Below are positions 1-12,632 of a stretch of DNA of 64,000 bases, piece after piece. Made by a program: the position numbers and the translations under genes. The DNA is taken from positions 26,770,225 to 26,834,224 of the forward strand of contig CM120640.1 of assembly GCA_051362555.1 (NCBI GenBank). Reading direction: 5' to 3'. The DNA comes from Lingula anatina (lineage: Eukaryota > Animalia > Brachiopoda). Within the stretch, counting starts at the first letter, position 1. Every line of letters begins with the position of its first letter. A model generated the notes under the pieces. The model worked only from the letters and a program-made list of their open reading frames with translations, did not search any database and was not told where the DNA came from.

Positions 1-65
1 TCTCACAATTAATAAATTCAAAGTTAATAGGACCCTAATACACTCGGGGGAGCTTTTATATATAT

Positions 66-67
<2 letters not shown>

Positions 68-97
<30 letters not shown>
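68..97. repeat. (GT)n microsatellite
   Basis: Directly visible. Confidence 0.95.
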
Positions 98-99
<2 letters not shown>

Positions 100-2304
100 T
101 GTAGGTACATGTTCTAGTAAATGAACATGTCTCTGTGGAATTTTGCTTTAATTTATTTTGTTTTTTCCATAACTTTCATTGTTTGCCTATTTATCGACAT
201 AGTGTGTTTCGTTTTTCATTTTGTTTTCAAATGAAATCTCAGCACCAAAATCAATTTTTTAAAAAGCCTTCATATATCGACCTCAAAATTTTAATTTTAA
301 CCTTACTTTTTTTCGACCGACCAGTGGGCGTGATTTAGAAGCTTGAAGGGATCTCCCACAGAAAGTTGTGCACTTATTCCGTGATTATTTTCCAATGATT
401 TGATTTCATGACCATCTGACAGCATTCTCACGCAATATCATGCTATTCCATAGTTAGTTCGCTGCCAATCTATGGCAGTTTAATCAAATTGCTATCCCCA
501 CGATATCTTATACACATCCAAAGCAGTTAAAAAAATGAAAAGAAAATATTCTTGATAAAGATAATCGCAAAAAAAGCATATATGTACAACATACTGCACG
601 GATCTTTTCCGTTGAACCCTGTTTTGATTTCAATTATCATTGGTTTAATTTTCTTCCTACGCCTACTTATCTTCTATGAGACTGCAGAGGTAGCATCTCA
701 AGAGAAGCAAGAAAAAAAGGCTTTGTAAACGGGTAAGCATTGAAAAACAAACTGCCAATTCAGTCTTTTAATGGTGAAGCTTAGAACATTAAAAGAGAGA
801 GAGGGACAGGGGTAGGTGCATTATTTTCAAATCTGAACGAGTACAACATAAAGATAGATGACAAGATAGCGTTAACTAGAGAATTTCTAAAATGGTATCA
901 GACCAGATTATGTCCAGAAAATCGAATAACGTTGAAATAATTTCGGTGCCTTAAATGTCATGTATAAATCAAAGCATTCGTTGTCCGTTATCTGAAAGCA
1001 AATATTCGAACCAATAACCTTGAGTAATTTGAGCCATTTAGCAAAAAATCAAAGAGCAATAAAGCTGTCTTTTGTTTTCCAAAATGTCTCTAATTCGTGA
1101 TATCATCCCGAATCGGAGCGCCCTCTGGGGATTCGAACTAGTCTTGATATTCAATTATTCAGCAATCGAGTTAAAGTAATCAGTTAGCAAATGAAATGTG
1201 ATCTTCTTTGTATCCTTAAAGGGATTCGACTGTCGTTTTTGAAAATCGCCGAGGCCACGTTTCATTTCTCTGAAATATCTGCCTGTTTTGAATTTCGAAA
1301 AATGAACGCTGTTTTTTTATCCCACGTAATACAAGAGTAGGCCTATAACTTTGTTGATATCGAGCCCTATGTGAACTGTGGATTTCACTAAAACATTTTG
1401 CTTAAGAGTTTATATCTGAATAAATAGATTATTATGTCGCAAAAAGGGGCCATATGGGCTTCAGAGAAGGTTAACGGTGACCATGCCGCATCTTGTATGG
1501 ACTTTAGAACGCAAAGAACATAACTATATTGCATTTTTTGGAGACGGAATGGACGCACATCCCTTCCCCACCTATGTTTGCTGATTAAAGCCTCTTTGGT
1601 AAAATTCATTTTTTACACAGGTGGGTTGGTTTTCGTCATAAGTAATCATAGTGTATACTATTAATAATGGATGATACGGTCATTTCGCTATGACTATACA
1701 TGTATGCTTTGCGTGTAATTGACTCGACCAGTCGTCCGACGTCATTGCGTTATCTGGACTCCATGTTGTTTTCAATTATGTTAAATTCATTGCTTGCCAA
1801 AAATGTGAGTTTCACCCACGTTCTAGCTATGCATTGTGGGTGTGACGATTTGACACGCAAGAAACCTTTTAATTGTGGGTCAAACCCATATATTTTAAGA
1901 AATGGGGTATTTTTTATCTATTCTTGGCTAGGGTGGGTCCTGGTTATTAAAAGAATTACGTTGGCTTTTATTTCTTGGTAATTAAGGCATGTCTGTGTCC
2001 ATCGCTGGACTTTCTATTAAAATGAACATTGGGTTGCAAGAACAGTTGGGAAAATATTGTTTATATCAAAGGGGTGTTGGCGGCCGGCAAGTGTCAATTA
2101 ACAACATAATGATATCAGGAAAATTGACTGAAACCCATTGAGGTTCTCTTGGGAAATCAACGACCTTTTTTCAGACGCCGGCAGGTTACATCAGAGAAAA
2201 TAATCTTTTTATTCTATTTTCACAGAAAATAATCCCTTTGATCATTATTCGTTTTGAAAATAAACTTACCGATAGTGAAATATCACTGTTTGCAAAAACA
2301 CTTC

Positions 2305-2600
2305 TTTCATTGGTTGGAATATTCTTGCCAATCAGCCAAAACCCCGCCCTTTGCCCTGCCCCTTCCGGAGAGATACTCCCACTTGTGCTCACTTTGGGAT
2401 CTTTGACCCATTGGGAACGTGTTAATTACCACTAATGAGTCTCGTATTATGCTTGTGTGATAGAATGACGGCTGAAATATAGATTCAATCAGCTCGAACG
2501 CCATCCAGCCGTCGTATCCGTTTCGCACAAAATCAGGCGGCTAATACCTGCCTTGCTCCATAATTACCTAAATTATGCAAAGCCAGCGTATATAAATCTG
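2305..2600. promoter_or_regulatory. Promoter of the neuropeptide gene: CCAAT boxes, GC box, ETS-like site, TATA box
   Basis: ATTGG 2309-2313, CCAAT 2328-2332, CCCCGCCC 2342-2349, CTTCCGG ~2362, TATATAAA 2589-2596 about 120 nt upstream of the ATG at 2712. Confidence 0.55.
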
Positions 2601-2711
2601 AAAGAACCATCCACAGGTAGTGGAGAGAAAGACGGGGAACGGATGGTGCATCGTTTTCAAGATACTTAAAAGAAAAAAATTTCGAAGTAACCGTTCGCTA
2701 CAGACAGAAAC

Positions 2712-2864
2712 ATGAAAACATATACAAAATCAACTGTTATAATTCTAGTGACAGTGCCACTCTTTGCTAGTGTTATCTGTGGATTCGGTGTACCAGAATT
2801 TATTGGGAAGCGCGCTGGATTAAAACTACACAATCTCAGACAGCAACCACCAGACAATTACCAG
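2712..2864 (+). CDS. Neuropeptide precursor first coding exon A (signal peptide + FGVPEFI-amide)
   Basis: aaacATG context; 51 open codons; hydrophobic core VIILVTVPLFASVIC; PEFIGKR directly after the predicted signal cleavage; GT donor after CAG. Confidence 0.85.
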
Positions 2865-5800
2865 GTATAGTATAGTAGTATTTGTAGGTAAAGCGATCTG
2901 TGATAGTAGATTTGAAATTTCGCAAAAGTTACTTTTCTTGCCTATTGGGGATATCTATCAATATAGTGATTAAGACATCTCAATAAATATGTAATGGCTT
3001 CTTGGATTGTATTTACTTTGCATTTATCACAGCTCTTTCGTTACATTACCTTTTTTTCACTAATCGCTTATTTGTACTTGGTACCATTAAATAAACGTAC
3101 TATAGGGCACTTAAAACAGGATATCCTTTAAGTACTCAAGACACAGTTACAATCTGCTGAGAACAAGAATCGAAATCGGGGGAAAAAAAGGCAACTCAAA
3201 ATAGCGGGCATTTGTAGAGTTGTAAAACGAACCTTTAAAAATCCATTTCGATGGCAGTTTCCTTCAAGAGACTCGATTCTCCAAATGAACGACCGAGGTA
3301 ATTAACAGTGCTCTTTGGATCACATTAGGCTCAGGCTAATGCAGTCACGCATTCAATGTATCAAATACGCGCCGATCAATTTATTAATTAGGCACATTAA
3401 CTTGACATTTGGGACATATCATGATCAGTTTGTGCATTGAGTTGCCCTTAGGTGGTGCATTTATATATAAAAAAAGATAGACAGCCGCGTTAAAGTATTA
3501 TAGTGCTAACACCCACTTTGGGCTTGCTACGGATTGCATAAGGATGGAATATTTAAGACTTGAATTCAAAAAATGTAACAGTTTTATTAATTAAAATCTG
3601 ATTGTTATGAGAGATTGATTCTAAATTGTATCTGAGTGTTTGTGGGATTTGCACCACTTTTCTATAAATTGGATCCATTCTTTATTTAGATTTCATTTTT
3701 ATTTTTACAGTGGGCGCATTTAATGAGAACAAATCAAAATATATGGTACAGATTTATTTTGTATTTATCTATTTGTTTATTTATGTTTTTTTTAACATTT
3801 TGTCAAGACACTGTATTCATTCCAACCAACCATTGCTGTTGTCAGTTGAAAGTATTGTTTAATGACCAAATCAAATATTGTCTCTTCCTTGTCATTTGCC
3901 TCGGTAGAACAGCAGCTTATCCATGAAACCCGACCCTGCATTGATCAGTCAAACTAGATAAAGCCAAATGTAAACAAAGTTGAAAAGTAGTTATGAAGAG
4001 CCCACAATAAAGTTAAGATTATATCTAAGACAAAACATTACAGAATGCACTGACGGTCGTGGTGTTAGTCGACGGAGATTTATCACCTGTCCTTTTTTCC
4101 ACCCCCTCTCATCAAACAATATGTAAATCATAATTTAACACAAGAAGCCGATGTTAGTTAACTGTGTAATGAAGTCGCATAATCGTATGCGTAGACTTAT
4201 TGTGTTTGTAACATACTTTCCGATACGTGATACGAAAAATGACGTTAATGGTAATATTTGTCAAACACCAAAGAATAACATGGATCCCAAATGATGCATT
4301 AGAAATCGTTTTTAAAACAATCGTATGCTAATTTGCTATTAGAAAACCGATATGGCTTGGTCCGGGTAACGGAAAGACGGCAACCGGTGTGGAAACGGGT
4401 GTTTGGAGAATGAGTTTTAATCCATCAAATTCACTTAAAATCATCTGTGATCCTGCTCCGGGGCAGTTCTATGGTTCGGACGTTGGTGAAGATGCATGGT
4501 TTCCCACTGCTGTTCTATTTGTCTATGGTACCTCCGGGGGACTGCGGGAGAAACTGTTTCAAATACGTCCCTGAATTCGTAGGAAAACGACGCTGTGCTG
4601 ATGAGCTATGCCAAGAGTTCCAGGTGAAACGAATTGTACTAGGAAGTTGGCACCGCGCCTTATTCTTAAACCGTCGCCTCATTAGATCGCAGCAAGACGC
4701 GTTATCTTGTTTCCATGCTAATGTCCATCTGCTTTCAGTTTCTCATCAATACTTGCTCGCGAGGTCAAGTATCTCGATTAGGCTTTGTCTAAGATCAAGT
4801 AATGGGTTGATAAGAAGAGACTGCATGGCGTGATTTTCATGCTATTCGGTATGAATAACCGTTGAAGAATTCATTTCGAACACATCCTATCCGTCACAAT
4901 AATTGATCTTGTCATTTGAATAGCAGATGAACTACTCTGTTTGATGTACCAATGAATTTTGCTTACGAGATTGTCACAGAAAACGTGTTGTCGAAATGGG
5001 TTTTGTTTAGCAACGAGATATGAAACCGTTCAAACGAGATTGTAGACATAAATGTAAAAAAAAACTCTGGAGAACATTGTACCAATTTCAAAGCATTTTG
5101 TATAGTGACTCAAGGCACTAAAAATAGGACATCAACCCAGATTTGTACAGCTGTTGTGAGATAATTTGTTTCTTTCTGTCCTTTCAAAGTTTGCTTTTTT
5201 TTCTCTCATGGCGAAACATCACTTCTTTGTACCAAAATTAAATGGAGAAGCAGTAGTTAAAATGTGCAGGCCTCAACAATGAAGCTACGTAACAATGGTG
5301 CAATGATGAAATATTGTTTTTGTTTTTTTACAGGTTTTTAGGAGAAAGTATTCATCGTGGATGCCAGAATTTATTGGGAAACGGTCGGGCGATGCTCCCT
5401 CTTCCTTAGACCGATTACAAGCGTTCAAAGACAGGATGGCGGTGTCGCAGGTAAAATAGTCTCGAAATTTTTTCATATATAAATATTTATGTTTAAATAT
5501 TTTATGTTGACTTGACCTTATTCAAAACGTACAAAGCACCAATCATAAGAATTTCCGGTATACATCTAGTCGTCAAGTGACATTCAACTCGAATCACGGT
5601 CTGTATCAAAATTGTTAGGAGATCATGGTTAATTCTGTTTTGAAGATGAGATCATGTCACGCAAGAAATCATTTATAAGCCAGACCTTCACGCTATCTTC
5701 ACAATTTTGTCCACAAACAAATTTTTATAAGCTAGAATGAAAACACACAGGCATTACGTATGGTCAATTTTATTAACCGCGTTGTCTTAATTTAAGCGGA

Positions 5801-8800
5801 AATGATAAAGATCGTAACTTGTATTGCTGAAGAATTGTTCGCTTACCTTTGAACAAATCAAAGGAAATATTATTATTCTATGCAGGAAACAAGAAAATTG
5901 ACAATTTTGCCAACGGCGTTGGCATCAAAGTAACGTGTTCTCATTTATTCACTTTACGATGCATCACACTGTGTCTTACTCAGGAAATAGCTGTCTTAGG
6001 CAAAGAGTCCCAGCGTACGCGATGTGTGCAATAAATCCATTCACTTACGAGTGCAGGTATTTGATAGATGATTCGTGGGAGAAAATAATCACAAGAACAC
6101 CTGATGTTTAATGTCGCCTATGTCAAGATATGGAGAAAAGATTACAAAAATTACATATATATGTTCTCTAGCTATTATGCCAGTATGTTTTGTGATTTGT
6201 GATAAGATTTTTTGAGATTCATATCGTTAATATAAAGTCATTTAGCAGTTTCTCTGTCCTCGACAACGGGTTTCATTATCCATTCCGGTTTCATTTTTGA
6301 ATACGACAGTGGGGTGTGAAAAATTCATCTGGATCTGCTAATTAACAGAAACAAAGTAAAATAGTCTGAATGAAAAAGATGTTTCTTAATTTTTATTAGG
6401 ATTCTCTCGTGGATTCTTGTTCACAATGCTCAATCTCCATCTCCTCCTTGTTATCCAATGGTAGAATTGTCATGATACTCATTATGCGCTATCTTTTACG
6501 ATTTAACAAAAATGCATCTAGGAATAGTTCTATTTTTCTTGTTAAGAAGAAAATAATTTGTCAGTGTGATGCAAACTCACTTTCTTTGTCATGTTCTTAA
6601 CGTGGTATGTATTCGTAATATATAAACTATACATAAATATATAAACATTTCCAAAACGCATTCATTAGAAATGTTAAACGGTAATGAGGCTCAGGCTCAC
6701 AATGAAAGATAACACATGCAGTCTTACTTGATCCTGAAGACGATTCCACTTTTTCGAAATGACACAATCAGATTATTGTAGAACAGTAAATATTGCTCTT
6801 ATCGTCAATTTGTGATTCGTTCTAATTGATTTATCACTGTGTAGCATGTTGGCATGAGAATCAAATTTTTTAAAGCTTAATGATTAAAGAACGCTGTAAA
6901 ACCAAATTAACAATTACATCTTTTCTGACAATGAGAGTCCCTATTTTTTAAACGATCTAAGATCTGCTTGTCCTTTGTCATGTTCAGCAAGGAAAACAGG
7001 ATGCAAGATATACATTTCTTGGTTTAACATTTGACTCGATTGGCTTCCTTTACAATCCCTGACCCAATCATGTTTGATAAGACAAAAACAGGATGAAAGC
7101 CAACGTTTCCTTTGCACAATAGTTGCATAACGACCAACTTCCACACGCACTGTCGGTTTTATGGACATCCTTTATTTTACGTAAGAAACCTCATCATACT
7201 GAGCTTTCTACCAGTCGCCATCGACGCTCCTAAGTGTTTGAGCTAATATGGTGGTTTAGACAATGCACAGTGAGATTATCCTCTTAGATTATACCTATCA
7301 ATTACAACGTAAATAGAGATAAATATACGAGAGATCTCAAAGGACAGGAAATGCTACTGCTAGAGCAGAATAAAGTGGCAAGTTAAAATCAGGAGGCCTT
7401 GGGGATTTCATTATTGTAGTTTAATGGTACTCTTGTAATGCTTGGTTACAGTTATCCAATGGAAGGCGTAATATTATTTAGAACATCAGCCCACAATGAA
7501 GATTGCATGTTTGTTGGCAAGAATTGTGGCTGAATCGACATTAATCTGTATTGACATGGCATAAATCTTTAATAGTTTGCGAATATTCTATTACCTAAGG
7601 GGCTATCGGGGTTATTTTATAATTTATGTTCTGTACCGGTGCTTAGTGTTTTGGTAACTATTTAAATCACAAGTAATACTCAAGCGAACTGTTGTTCCGT
7701 ACGTTTACGGCTCGCTATGCTAAACGTCTCGATTTCCTTGCCCAATTGCATTTAGCCTATATTTGCATTGAATAGACCTTTGAAGTCTGGGTTCTATACA
7801 ATATAAACTTTTGCCATTGTGCTTTATATCCGTTGAGAAATTAGACCGTTTCCTGAATGAGATCGTTTTGAGACACCTGACGTCCGCTAGGTTAGATATG
7901 ATTATATTAGGCGGTGGATAGATCATGTGAAATTTAAATTCAATCTCAATCCGAGCGCTGCTCACGTTTCGTGACTAATTAAGTTAAGTGATTGGCAGAA
8001 ACCATTATTTTGGTTGGTCGGAGAGAAAGATTTTAATCAGAAGGTTTCTACTACGAGATTAAGAGCACGGCAAAAAGCGATCCCATGCAATCCGTCCACT
8101 AAAAGACAGAAAACAAACAGAACAAAAAGTCAGCGAACATGGAAAGTCCACATAGCGTGGCAATTGTAAAAAGCACGAAAAGAACAACTTTCGTCACGGA
8201 TCAAAATCCGTTAGTTTCTCCAAGATAACATGCCATATTTACACGCCAAAATATGTTTAAATAAATGTCAAAAGTACGCTTCAAATGTCGAAGCGCGTTT
8301 TGGCAAAGAGTAAATAATAATGACTGAGTTTTGACTTTCCTCAACTAATTATTTATGCTAATTACAATATCATTTTTTATTCATGAGATATTAAAAATCG
8401 ATGAAACAAGATTCAATAGTCCACATATTTTAACATTTCAAACATGTTCAACAGATAAAGTTCAATTCGGTTACCAATATTTACACTATTCCAATTGCGT
8501 TGTGCCTTAGTGCATCACGCTGTGTGCCTTTACCAATATTTGACGATTTGTGAATTGCATTCAGTTTTTAAATGTTTTTGTTTGCACGTATTACACGTAT
8601 TACAGACGGGTTAGATAAACCATCGCCAAATTACACGTGCTCAATATTGCAGCCTTTTGGACTGAACAGTACAATAGAATAAAGTTTTGCTTTTTGTGAA
8701 AGGGCAGACAGCTAGCGTTATTTGTTGTAGGCGTTTGAGAAGACATTCCTGGCATACGTAATGATGAAATTCTAAGGTGAATCGCGTCCACAGATTAGAA

Positions 8801-10252
8801 CGCCTGTTTGCGTATTTATGTAGGTTGGGCAACACAATTTGAAACTGGCAGAAAATAAGAAACTGTTTTTTGTAAAACCGCGGTCTTGACTAAGCCACGG
8901 AAATAGCTTCGTCGATTGGATAATAAACTTCTCACAAAGGTCTTACTTCTTATATAAAGCTGCCACCTACGACGAACATTAATTACAAAAAGTTCGGTTA
9001 TGACTCTGCTCATTTCCCCAACTGACATTGAATGTTCGATGTATTCCATACACTTCTTAAGTTAGCAGTCCCCACCGATAATTTTACTTACTGAAGTAAT
9101 AATAAAAAGATAGAAATTAATATTGGAAGCTCCCAGTCTTGCTTGTTTTATAGCTGTATAATTGAAAAACGCATAGAACATTGTCCAAAGAAAGTTAAAT
9201 GCAATGCCTTCTTTTGCCAATCACTTTGAAATTCTTATCGTCTAATCCCAGCCTATCAGTGTTATGAAAAACTGTTCAAGATATAATTTTGATATGTTTT
9301 GAAGGCAATGTTGATAATAGGACAGGATAACTTCATTGTTTTTCAAGACTGGTAAAAAAGCATTGTAAAGCAAATCAAAACATTCCTTGGCCGAAAAAAG
9401 CATCATCATGTTTATTGGTTATTCTATTCTACGCAAATGGCGTAAGATTGGACAAATAAATACCAATTAACGTCAAAAACCTCATATGAAATCCAAAACC
9501 CCGTTAAACATAAAACTATAAACTGATTGGAGAACAATGCTTGATTAAAGCACGAGTGAAATGGAATTTATCGAATCTATTCCCTTAGACATGTCGGCAA
9601 AGTAGGAGTTTGAAAGCAAGCATATACCTCCAATCGATTAGGCGGGGAGCGTCGCATGCTTGATTGTATTTGTAATACCAACAGAAACACGAGAAGGCCA
9701 TTTTACATTCATTAGCGTCAAACGTCAACTAAATTTGACTATCCTTTACTGAAAGAAAGACACGCCATCTCCAATTTCTGTCTATCTCTGGATATTGTCA
9801 TTTGTAGCACTACGCCTGTAGTACTGTTTTGGCTTGAAGTGTATTGTCACTTTTTTCATGGAATTAGAGCTATAATCAAGATACAGCGTATAAATATTTT
9901 CATAAAAGAGACACCCGTTAGAGATTTTTAACAAAGTTATCTGGTAGACTAAAATCTTTTCTTTCATTTTTTTCATATTTTTTCTTTGACTTTCATATTG
10001 TAAGAGAAAGTAAACTAGCGTATTGCAGTAAAGTCTCTTAAGGATATGGACAAAGACTTATATATATCAAATACCGATTATCTCCCCATTATTAATAATC
10101 TGCTCCTTTTTCAGCTGGAGGGGAGCCAATTCCCTTCACCCGCCGAATGGTTCCTCAGAAAATACGTTATAATGCCACGCGAGCAAGCACAGGCATTCTA
10201 TAACCAAGAAGATAATATGGACAATACTGATAACAGGTGGCAGAGTTACTGA
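2712..10252 (+). CDS. Neuropeptide precursor, PEF[I/V]-amide type (PXFVamide/MIP-like or EFLamide/TRH-type); isoform A, 135 aa
   Basis: Exons 2712-2864 (MKTYTKSTVIILVTVPLFASVICG-FGVPEFI-GKR-AGLKLHNLRQQPPDNYQ, donor CAG|gtatag), 5334-5450 (ttttttacag|VFRRK-YSSWMPEFI-GKR-SGDAPSSLDRLQAFKDRMAVSQ|gtaaaa) and 10115-10252 (cctttttcag|LEGSQFPSPAEWFLRKYVIMPREQAQAFYNQEDNMDNTDNRWQSY*). All junctions are phase 0. It has a hydrophobic signal peptide, Gly amide donors and dibasic cleavage sites. The terminal exon is the least certain; additional small exons are not excluded. Confidence 0.8.
4471..4623 (+). CDS. Putative alternative first coding exon B of the neuropeptide precursor (signal peptide + ...KYVPEFV-amide)
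   Basis: MVRTLVKMHGFPLLFYLSMVPPGDCGRNCFKYVPEFV-GKRR-CADELCQEFQ, then CAG|gtgaaa phase-0 donor. Also 51 codons. Lies inside ORF-track entry 4447..4833. No good in-frame acceptor seen upstream. Confidence 0.65.
5334..5450 (+). CDS. Neuropeptide precursor internal exon (YSSWMPEFI-amide)
   Basis: Polypyrimidine tract + cag acceptor, 117 nt, phase 0/0; RRK and GKR processing sites flank the peptide; CAG|gtaaaa donor. Confidence 0.85.
10115..10252 (+). CDS. Probable terminal coding exon of the neuropeptide precursor
   Basis: ctcctttttcag acceptor, phase 0 and open to TGA; acidic spacer-like composition; AATAAA at 10444-10449 downstream. Confidence 0.6.
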   Translation: MEGSQFPSPAEWFLRKYVIMPREQAQAFYNQEDNMDNTDNRWQSY

Positions 10253-12420
10253 TAGAAGTTCATCTTTGAGATATGTTGGATGAGGAGAAGACAATCGGAA
10301 GATGGAAATTCGACACTTTCAGGATTTCAGGATTCACAGCAATCAAGTTCGCACTGAATGCAAAATGATTATATGATTTGAACTTCTGTCTCTAGCAAAT
10401 TCATTTAGTGAAGTAAAGAAAATTAGACTTTCGGAAATAATGAAATAAAGACATTTGCACATGGGTTTTGATAGCTTTTTGACTTACACACTTCTTAAAG
10501 ATCGTTAAGAACAGGAAAGCTTAATGACAGAATGCATGCCATTTCCTACACCACACCAGCAAGAGTGGAATTATAGTTGTACTTTTTGTTTTCTATTTTA
10601 TCAAATGGGAAAATGAGCACCCCATACATCTTATCTTTTTCACTATACTTGCTAACTGGCATGCGCTAGGACTAAACCAACGTGAAGAGGAAATATTTTG
10701 AAAAATGTGCTGTCTCGCCAAGCAGATTATATATGGTAGTTTTGTGAATGAACATATATTATATATATATAGTTGAGGCATAGCTAGAGACTGAAAATTA
10801 TTTATTTTGAAAACAAAAGAAGCATTAAAGCAGTATATTTTATGAACATATAAATTGTTTCTCTGAAATGAGATCGTGACAAGCATGTCGGCTCCTTGGC
10901 GTATCGTCCATTATTTGGAATAAACTTGGAAAACTTTCCATTTATTCCTTTTCCATAGTCTTACGGTCTTGTATTTCACAATCTCTCATTGTTTCATAAT
11001 AAACTGAGAGAATCATTTAGCAGCACATTTATTTGAGATATTATTATATGGGAAAAGTGGTATTGCTCTAAAACATTCGTGTTTAACTGCAAACACAACT
11101 CGATTTCATAAGCAATAGAGATTTTATGAAGTTATGAAAAGGGTAAATTTTCCATATAACATACAGACCATATGTTAAAAATGATGATTATCATGCAATA
11201 TGTAAAGCACGGAAGTCATTATCATATCGGTTTTTGTAGTTAAAGTGAAAACAGGTCCAAAATCAGATGTGTTCGTCGTCATCACAAGTTCGACTCCAGG
11301 AGAAATAATAATTAAAAAAAGCTCATATTGAATACCTTAATTTTGTATTTGCGAAGGTTGAAGATTTTTACTCATACAGCTACCACAATATGGGCTGTGC
11401 CCACTACAACCAAATTGAAGCTTCCCTCAAACCTCGAGCTCTCATTTGAACAATGCTACCTTTTGAAAAAAAAAGGTAAATCAAGCCCCAAAGCACTGTT
11501 GGTGTCGTTAAAACACTCATGCAGATACTTCAGTTTCATTTAATTTCCTGAAGCTCAAATTTTTTAGTAAATCGCTTGTGCCTTAGGTACGCTTTAAAAA
11601 AATATGAAGGAAATAATGTGTTTAGCGATTGTCTTAATTCGAACTACCAATCACTTCTCAGGTTCGCACAAATCTAGTATCGAACATAAATGAGGCAACG
11701 CCAGATTCAACGACTTTCGTGTCCCTTGCGCTGTGATTAGATCCTAATGTAATTGGCGAACCGAAAACAACCTTTGAAAACATCCCACTGGGATATCGTA
11801 GAAAACAAACTTTTTTGCTACTGGCAGCTATGCCAAATAACATCAGACCTCAATTCTACTTTTAGTATTTCATTATTTCTTTTCTATGAAAACACCAATT
11901 TATGCAATTTGTCACCTATACAAAGTTACCTTATTGGTTTGGTCTTTGAAAGTGCATTTTATCGATTCATATTTCTAAACAAAACATCGTCTAAACATTT
12001 CGACAAGATACACGTTCGAACCGTATTGCATTTGATAAAGGCACACACACGGAAAACTGACAAACAATAGGCCTACGCATACTGTCTCTCTATGAAAATT
12101 AACTAAATTACGATCCTTACGATCAACTATGACAGAATTCTGGGTGTTTAAACAGCATCTATCATTTTAATTTTTTTCAGTTTAACCCGTAGTTTAATAG
12201 TCAATGCAGTCTGCACAAAAAGGCCCCCGCGTAAAAGTGAATGGACAGCTAGCCATAATAGTTTGACATGTGGTTTTTGTAAAAACAAAGCGTGTGACAC
12301 AGAACGTAGCCTTCAAACTCTATACTATTGTATAAGTTTCGAATTGGCGAATACAAACTTTTAGCTTCAAACTCCTTTAAACCATGAATTCACCAAGTTT
12401 AAACTGTATCTTAGACTGGG

Positions 12421-12632
12421 TTCCCTCAGATTTAGATCGATCCATCTGGATCGACCTAACTCCCTGGGGGTTTACTCTAAATTGCTGTCAGCTTCCGGGA
12501 GCCGAGCGCGCACAAAAGTTAATTACCCCCTTACAGCTGTAAGTAGGCGGGACAGACATTTAAGCCGGTTAAGCTGACAGCAATCTAGTGAGACTCCCCA
12601 GGGGGATAGATCGATCTAAATATCTGTGGGAA
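12421..12632. mobile_element. MITE-like element with long imperfect terminal inverted repeats
   Basis: Left arm ttccctcagatttagatcgatc...ccctggggg...aattgctgtcagctt (12421-12494) is the approximate reverse complement of aagctgacagcaat...ccccagggg...gatcgatctaaatatctgtgggaa (12571-12632). Confidence 0.75.

Noticed and set aside
790-835. Weak similarity to the neuropeptide 5'-UTR (2622-2665; gagagag..ggg..ggtgcat..ttttcaa), a possible third first exon
   Set aside because: No ATG-signal peptide-PEFxGKR frame follows; downstream ATGs hit stops quickly.
2884-3045. miR-2-like seed TATCACAG at ~3025 and in reverse at ~2900
   Set aside because: No compact precursor hairpin and the 3' part does not match miR-2; it looks like a loose inverted repeat.
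3711-3926. Strong acceptor (tttttacag) and hydrophobic ORF 3723-3926 as an extra neuropeptide exon
   Set aside because: No peptide or cleavage motifs; the hydrophobicity comes from T-rich low-complexity DNA; the donor is weak and in the wrong phase for exon 2.
5647-5670. bantam-like seed TGAGATCAT
   Set aside because: The remainder does not match bantam and no hairpin is evident.
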